Of a stretch of DNA of 64,000 bases, positions 58,204-64,000 are shown piece by piece (position 1 is the stretch's first letter; each line of letters begins with the position of its first letter). A program made the translations under genes and the position numbers. This DNA comes from Planctomycetota bacterium. GTDB lineage: Bacteria; Planctomycetota; UBA8108; SXIK01. The stretch lies in assembly GCA_965223845.1 (NCBI GenBank), contig CBDCXR010000004.1, forward strand, positions 352,001-416,000. Reading direction: 5' to 3'. The notes under the pieces are model-generated. The model did no database searches. It was given only the letters and a program-made list of their open reading frames with translations, and was not told the DNA's origin.

Positions 58204-58904
58204 TTGAACTATTGCTGACGAACGAGGCGGGATCTCGCTGACGGGGTCCGTCGATTGAGCGGCGATTGGAGCGCGAGTATTACTGCACGGAGAACTTTCG
58301 ACTCGTTCATGAAATCCTCGCTTTTTTCATTGGACTTAAAGCTCGGAGAAATCTATACATTGCGCTTTCAAGTAACGTAAGCTGCGTGCAAGGATGCGGT
58401 TTGCGCAAGCCGGCCCGGTGATCTTGGGGCGGCGATGTCGGCCCGGCGATATCTGCGCTACGAATCGATTCGCGTCTTGCCTTTCGAGTTCGTCCCGAGC
58501 GATGGGTTTTCTCCCATCGGAAGAACCGATCGGGACGGATCCGTCCGGACGAGTCATTTTCCCCAGCCCGTCAAGAATCGCGAACACTTGTCGTTCGGAT
58601 GGGTTCCGCGCGAAAGGCGCTCGAGGCCGAGGTCGCGAGGGAAAAGCGCGGTTTCACGAGAGTGCACAGCGGGTGAAGCTGTGGGGTGGCGCCGTGATGG
58701 GGGGGGCTGAGTGAGGAGCTCAGAGTGCGTCGTGGGCGGCGTTGCTGGGCGGTCGACCGACGAGCGTCGGTGTTCCCAAGGCCCAAGCCGACGGAGACCG
58801 CCACCGTGGGGAGTCGTTCGCCGGGGGCAATTCATCGCGCTGCGGGAGTCGGCTTCTGCAGTGTATCCGGCGGGGTAGTACGACTTGGTCGAAGGAGTGC
58901 ATCT

Positions 58905-59390
58905 ATGGCGAAGAGTTCACTGGAACAAGCTCTCGAGGAGTTGAAGGCGGAGCGAGATCGCATCGATTCAGCGATTGAGACTCTCGAAGGCGTCATCGGA
59001 TCGGTCGGCGGGGCGACGAAGGCGAAGCGCGGTCCGCGCGTTGCCAAGGGAACGAGGAAGAAAGCCGGCGCGAAGCGTGGAGCCAAGCGGCAGCCGCGCG
59101 GCGCGATGAAGGCCAAGCTCTACGAGATCCTCGGTGCGGCGAAGAAGCCTCTCGCCGTTTCGGAAGTGAGAGATCGGTTCATCGCTGACGGCTATCCGTA
59201 CAGCACCCCGCAGGTCCTCTACACCGCTATCTTCAATTCTGCGAAGACGGATCCCGGCGTGATCAAGACCTCGAAGGGGCTCCGCCTCCGTGCGGGCGCG
59301 AGCGCCGAGCCGAGAAAGTCGGGCCCGAAGAAGAAGGCGGCGACGAAGAAGAAGGCGGGGCGCCGGAAGAAGGCGAAGCGTCGCGGCTAA
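58905..59390 (+). CDS. Small basic protein: coiled coil + winged-helix-like core + Lys-rich tail (candidate nucleoid-associated protein)
   Basis: AAGGAG RBS, ATG 58905; LEQALEELKAERDRIDSAIETLE; K/R/A-rich linker; LYEILGAAKKPLAVSEVRDRFIADGY; tail KKKAATKKKAGRRKKAKRRG. Confidence 0.75.
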   Translation: MAKSSLEQALEELKAERDRIDSAIETLEGVIGSVGGATKAKRGPRVAKGTRKKAGAKRGAKRQPRGAMKAKLYEILGAAKKPLAVSEVRDRFIADGYPYSTPQVLYTAIFNSAKTDPGVIKTSKGLRLRAGASAEPRKSGPKKKAATKKKAGRRKKAKRRG

Positions 59391-59422
59391 CCTGAACGGC
59401 AGCCCGGGATCGTCCCGTTCCG

Positions 59423-59465
59423 CGAAGCCGAGTGCGCGGGTCTCAGACCCGCCCGCCCGGCTTCG
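59423..59465. terminator. GC-rich REP-like hairpin between convergent genes
   Basis: CGAAGCCG...GCGGGTC-TCA-GACCCGC...CGGCTTCG nested inverted repeat. Confidence 0.45.
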
Positions 59466-59489
59466 TCGCATCCGGGTCGTATCCCGCGA

Positions 59490-62400
59490 CTACTTCGAGG
59501 ACTCGGCGACCTCCACCGTCACCGCCATCACGATCGGCGCGGTCCGATCCGGCCCCTTGACGATTTGGATGCGTTCGATGCGACCCGCCGTCTTCGGTCG
59601 CACGGCCAAGTAGCGAATCTGTCGGCCGCGAAGATTGAAGGCGAGCTTCGACCCCGGCACGTCGAACGGCCCGATGTAGTCGGCGAAGTGCTCGCCGTCG
59701 CGCAGCGGATGGTCTTCGGTCGCACCGCCTTCGTAGACGAGTCGGACGATCATGGAGACCGATCCGTCTTTGCGCGGACTCTTGGCGCCCCAGCCGCTCA
59801 CTCCGCTCAAGAGGTGAATGGCGCGCGCTGCCGTGTTGCACGGAATTTCGACCGACTTTGGCATGCGCGGTGGGATCGCCCCGTTTGGACTATGAAGCAG
59901 AATCGCGTTCGGAACCTCGCTCCCCTTCGGATCGACGAGGTGGAACGGGACTCCTTCGAACACCTTCGGCTTCCAATCGCGAAACACGAGGCGCTCGCCG
60001 CGGGATCGTTCGCTGAAGAACATCCCCCGAGTCGAGACGACCGTCGCGGCTTTGTCTAGCGGAATTGGGAGAAAGCGGCCGCGATCCGTGAGGAACTCGA
60101 GGAGGTCGGCCATTCGCTCCGGCGAGAGCTGTTTTTCGAAACCCGCCGGCATGAGCGAAAGGCGGGATGCCTCGATGCTCTCGACGTCCTCCCTGAGGAT
60201 GCGGTGCGGTTTCCCCTCGGCGTCGTAGATCTCGATCGCCGTGCGACTTTCCGAGGTGAGCATGCCTTCGATGACGGCGCCGTCCGATTGAACGACGGTG
60301 TAGAGTCGGAAGTTGCCTTCGACGCTCCGGCTCGGATCGAGGATGTGAACGAGAAGCTCGCTCTTTGAGTGGACTGCCATCCCGGTGAGATCCGGTCCGA
60401 TGTCGGTTCCTTCGGTGCCGTGTTTGTGGCACTTGGCGCACACCTCGAGGTACGCCGCCTTGCCGCGCTCGACGTCGCCCGTCCGCTCCGTGATCGGAAG
60501 CAGGCTGTCGATGACGCGCTGGCGATCGGGGTCGGGCAGGTCCCCGCTTCGGGCGAGAAGCGCCGTCGCCTTCGCCGCGAGCTTCGCGTCTGGGTGGCGC
60601 GCGAGCTGCTGCTTCTGATCGAGTGTGAAGAGGTCGAGGTCGACGACTCCGCCTTCGGCCGCGTCGAGAAGCGCGCTCGTCCACGGCGCTCGCCGCAAGA
60701 GAACAACTTGGGCGCGACGTTTCGCGGTCGGAGTCAGCGCGGGCAGAGCTTCGACGATCGCCGTCCCGACCGCGTCGCTCTCGCTCGTCTCGACAGCGCG
60801 GAGAAGCCCGTCGACGAGCTCCGGAGAAGACTTTGGGTCGATCGTCTCGATGACGCTTCGCGCCGCGGTCGCGTCGCCGATCCGAAACTCGATGAGCTGA
60901 CGGGCGGCGCGCGCCCGTTCATCGTCGCTTCGATCCGTGTTCTGGATCTCCCCCGCGAGGCGACCGGCGATCGCTTCGGCCTCCTTCTCGAGTCCGCGGC
61001 TTCCCCAGCGCTCCGCGAGTGTGACGAGACGGCTCTGCGCTTCGGGAGAGAGCGACGCGAGGAGCGATGCGACGCCGGCTTCGACCGCGGGATCGAGGCG
61101 CGGGCGCGCGTTCGCCGGCCAACCGCGAGCGAGGCCCGTCACCACCGCGTCGGCGAGCGGCTGCGCCGTCCCCTTGAGTCCCGCGAGGAGCTCGCCCGCG
61201 CCGCCTCGGGTCGCTTCGCCGCGGGCCGCGTGCTCCGCGACGCGCTCGGTGACTTGCACGAGAGCGGCCGAGCTCTCGCCGCCCGCGCCGGCGCCGCGAA
61301 GCGCCGCGAGGAACGACGTGACGTGACGCGCTGCGGCCGCGGTCGCCGCATCGGGGATCCAGCGATCCTCGGCGTTCATCGGTTCGGCGAGCGCGCGACT
61401 GATCGCCGCGCCGGCGGCTTCGTGCGGAGGAAGCTCCGCGAGCGCGAGAAACGCCGCGAGGCGAACTTGAGCCTCATCGTCGAGGAGCGATTTCGCGGAG
61501 AGGATCGCAGCGGTCGAATCAGCGGTCCGCGGAAGCGCGAGAATCGCGTTTCGCCGCACGCCCGCCGATGGGTGGCGTAGCGCGCCGCGAGCCGCGGCGG
61601 CCGCGCCGTCGTCATCGCCGAGCGCGCCCAGTCCGTTCAGCGTCCAGAGCGCGTGAATCGCGCCCGGATTGAGCCCGATCGCGTCGGTCGTCGCGTCGTT
61701 CACGAGGCGAACGAGCGCCGGAACGACGTCCCGGCGGCCGCGCTCGACGAGAAGACGCTGCGCTTCGCGTCGCCAGAATTGGTTGTCGATTGCGAGCGCT
61801 GCGACGAGCTCCTCCGGCGGAGTCGAGAGATCGAGGCGTCGCGGCCGGTAGGCGGGTCCATCACCGCGCGGCACGACGCGATAGATCCGGCCGTGCACCT
61901 TATCGCGGAGATCGGTGACGTAGGCGTTGCCCTTTCCGGTCTTGAACCCGCGCGGCGTCGGGTTGTGCTGCACGATGTAGTTGTACCAATCGATCACCCA
62001 CACGGCTCCGTCCGGCCCGACCTCACTCATGATCGGCGCCGTCCACTCATCGTGGCTCGCGAGGAGGTTCCACGTGTTCCGACTGACGAAATCGCTCCCG
62101 CGCGGCTCGAGGAGGAACGTCGCAACGAGGTGGCCGGTCGGACCGTTCACGAATGCGGCCCGATTCCAATACGTCTTCGGCAACCGCCGCGCGGTGTAAA
62201 TCGCGTGTCCCGCCGCCGCAGTGAAATTGCCGTGATGGTCGACCTGCCGGACCTTTTCCGAGATCGGATAGAACTTAGCGTTCGTCGCCGTGCGACCGAG
62301 AACGCTCGAGGTCCATCCGCGAACCGATTCGTAGTAGCGATTCGGGATCGGGAGGTAAACGCTCGGGTTCCCGTTTGCCGTCGAACCGAAGAGGAGACCC

Positions 62401-63821
62401 TCCTCCGTGAAGCTCACGCCCCATGAGTTGTTGTTCGTATTGCGGAGAAATTCGAACTTCGATCCATCGGGACGAAAGCGGTAGAACCCCGTGCGAAAAC
62501 TGTGCTCCTCGCCGCCGACGGTGCCGCGGAAACCGGAGTACCCGACCATGCCGTAGACCCAATGGTCGAGGCCCCACTGAAGATTGCTCGGCCCGGCGTG
62601 GGTATCGCCGGTGGACCAGCCCGTGAAAAGGACGCGACGCTCGTCGGCGCGATCGTCTCCGTCGGTGTCGCGGAGAAAGAGCGTGTGTGGCGCCTGGTGA
62701 ACGATCACTCCACCCTTGTAGTGGAGGAGGCTCGTCGGAATGCTCAATCGGTCGGCGAAGATCGTAAACTTGTCCGCGCGCCCATCGCCGTCCGAATCCT
62801 CGCAGATCTTGATCCGATCTTCGCCCTGACGATCCGGCTTCAGCTCGTTCGGATAGTCGGTCGTCTCCGCGATCCAGAGCCGCCCTCGCGCATCCCAGCT
62901 CATGCAGATCGGCTTGTAGATCTCCGGATCCGCGGCGAAGAGGTGGAGCTCGAGCTGCGGCGCGAGCACCGCGTGGCGCATGGATGCCTCGGGTCGGAGC
63001 GGCTCTTGCATCTGCGTGAGAGCGTCCCCCTGCGTTCCCCACGAACGACCGGGGAGATAGTTCGGCAAATTCGCCTTTCGGAACGTGAACGACGAAGGAT
63101 CGGGGGGAGGACTGAGGAGCGTCGGCACGACGCGGTCGTCGCCGCAGGCCCACCGGATGCCGCGCTCGATGAGAACGTGAAAGCCCGGCTGACCCCACGT
63201 GCGGTGGTCGTGCCCGTACGCGGTGTAGAAAACGCGTCCCTTGCCGTGGCGGCGGACCCAGGTCCACGGCTCGTTTCCTTGCGTGTCCGGCCGTACCTGA
63301 AGGACGACGCGATCTTCGTTGTGCTTCGTGTGGACGTAGGTTTCGTCCCAGGTACGGAACTCGGGAATGCCCGCCATGATCGGGTGGTCCGGCGCCGTGA
63401 TCCGCGTGCGAAACTCGCCCGTGCCGTGGCTCTTGAACTGCGCGCCGACGAGCTCGATGTAGGCCGGCGAGTTGAGGAAGCAGTAGGACGCGCAGTGAAT
63501 CGGGATGAAGCCGCCGCCGTTTGCAACGAAATCGAGGAGCGCCTTCTCGGCCTCGGGCTCTATGCTCGGCCAGTTCGCGAACACGATGAGGCCGTCGTAA
63601 CGGGATAGCTTCTCAGCGTTGAGATCCCCGAGGTGTTCCGTGTAGTCGATCGCGATCCCGAGCTGCGCGAGGACCGGGATGAGCTGCTTCGAACGCTCTT
63701 CGGGTTGATGGTGGCCGCGATCACCGAGAAAGAGGACGCGGAGCTCACTGGCGGCGATCTCCGACGTCACCGAACCGATGAAGAGTGCAGTGACGAGGCC
63801 GAGCAGCCGATGTCGAAACAT
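59490..63821 (-). CDS. PVC-type heme-binding CxxCH protein (ThuA-like + beta-propeller dehydrogenase-like + HEAT repeats + cytochrome c)
   Basis: GGAGA RBS; ThuA-like FIPIHCA...GRVFYTAYGH; WDARGRLW..E..DYPN, DTDGDDRAD, DWYN....HN; HEAT repeats; CAKCH...IGPDL...SLMP. Confidence 0.9.
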   Translation of the reverse strand: MFRHRLLGLVTALFIGSVTSEIAASELRVLFLGDRGHHQPEERSKQLIPVLAQLGIAIDYTEHLGDLNAEKLSRYDGLIVFANWPSIEPEAEKALLDFVANGGGFIPIHCASYCFLNSPAYIELVGAQFKSHGTGEFRTRITAPDHPIMAGIPEFRTWDETYVHTKHNEDRVVLQVRPDTQGNEPWTWVRRHGKGRVFYTAYGHDHRTWGQPGFHVLIERGIRWACGDDRVVPTLLSPPPDPSSFTFRKANLPNYLPGRSWGTQGDALTQMQEPLRPEASMRHAVLAPQLELHLFAADPEIYKPICMSWDARGRLWIAETTDYPNELKPDRQGEDRIKICEDSDGDGRADKFTIFADRLSIPTSLLHYKGGVIVHQAPHTLFLRDTDGDDRADERRVLFTGWSTGDTHAGPSNLQWGLDHWVYGMVGYSGFRGTVGGEEHSFRTGFYRFRPDGSKFEFLRNTNNNSWGVSFTEEGLLFGSTANGNPSVYLPIPNRYYESVRGWTSSVLGRTATNAKFYPISEKVRQVDHHGNFTAAAGHAIYTARRLPKTYWNRAAFVNGPTGHLVATFLLEPRGSDFVSRNTWNLLASHDEWTAPIMSEVGPDGAVWVIDWYNYIVQHNPTPRGFKTGKGNAYVTDLRDKVHGRIYRVVPRGDGPAYRPRRLDLSTPPEELVAALAIDNQFWRREAQRLLVERGRRDVVPALVRLVNDATTDAIGLNPGAIHALWTLNGLGALGDDDGAAAAARGALRHPSAGVRRNAILALPRTADSTAAILSAKSLLDDEAQVRLAAFLALAELPPHEAAGAAISRALAEPMNAEDRWIPDAATAAAARHVTSFLAALRGAGAGGESSAALVQVTERVAEHAARGEATRGGAGELLAGLKGTAQPLADAVVTGLARGWPANARPRLDPAVEAGVASLLASLSPEAQSRLVTLAERWGSRGLEKEAEAIAGRLAGEIQNTDRSDDERARAARQLIEFRIGDATAARSVIETIDPKSSPELVDGLLRAVETSESDAVGTAIVEALPALTPTAKRRAQVVLLRRAPWTSALLDAAEGGVVDLDLFTLDQKQQLARHPDAKLAAKATALLARSGDLPDPDRQRVIDSLLPITERTGDVERGKAAYLEVCAKCHKHGTEGTDIGPDLTGMAVHSKSELLVHILDPSRSVEGNFRLYTVVQSDGAVIEGMLTSESRTAIEIYDAEGKPHRILREDVESIEASRLSLMPAGFEKQLSPERMADLLEFLTDRGRFLPIPLDKAATVVSTRGMFFSERSRGERLVFRDWKPKVFEGVPFHLVDPKGSEVPNAILLHSPNGAIPPRMPKSVEIPCNTAARAIHLLSGVSGWGAKSPRKDGSVSMIVRLVYEGGATEDHPLRDGEHFADYIGPFDVPGSKLAFNLRGRQIRYLAVRPKTAGRIERIQIVKGPDRTAPIVMAVTVEVAESSK

Positions 63822-64000
63822 ACGAATGTCTCCCAAGTGATTTTCGATCGAGTGAGCGGAACATCCTAACCGCTCTTGGCCGAACCGGTCGCCGAATCGG
63901 CCGCGCGGGAGAGGATTCTCGGGACATGAGGCCGCGGTTCGACCTGGCTTGCCCGGAACGCCTCGAGTGCGTATCCTCCCTCAAGCTTATCGGCGGTGAG

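Noticed and set aside
58392-58406. Fourth sigma-54 promoter (GGATGCGGTTTGC)
   Set aside because: The spacing is GG-N9-GC; sigma-54 requires N10.

Overview
GC-rich 64 kb window, very probably from a Planctomycetota genome (DUF1501 + DUF1549/DUF1553 pair, PVC-type heme-binding protein, DUF1570, sulfatases, many dockerin-tagged secreted proteins). About 39 CDSs are supported; no rRNA, tRNA, CRISPR array, transposase or integrase was recognised. All family assignments are from motif recognition, not database searches. Main observations: (1) The two ORFs at 817-3333 and 3355-5103 are in one frame, separated only by a single TGA (3331-3333). That TGA is followed 11 nt later by a hairpin with the geometry of a bacterial SECIS. 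This suggests one ~1428-aa TPR / FG-GAP propeller / ASPIC-UnbV / thioredoxin-CxxC selenoprotein. (2) A 15.5 kb low-oxygen island (13.7-29.2 kb) holds a FixL-like heme-PAS kinase, an NtrC-type activator and three sigma-54 promoters. These lie upstream of a divergent cbb3 oxidase operon and of USP, CBS and HPF-like genes; an APH-AAA gene follows the activator. The gene content resembles the DosR dormancy regulon. (3) A 15 kb array has two [CotH kinase + multi-F-type-lectin protein] pairs, all ending in a Cys-flanked dockerin. (4) Two copies of an odd CGAAGG-repeat + polypurine intergenic element. (5) A Lys-rich candidate nucleoid protein behind a 700 nt structured intergenic region.
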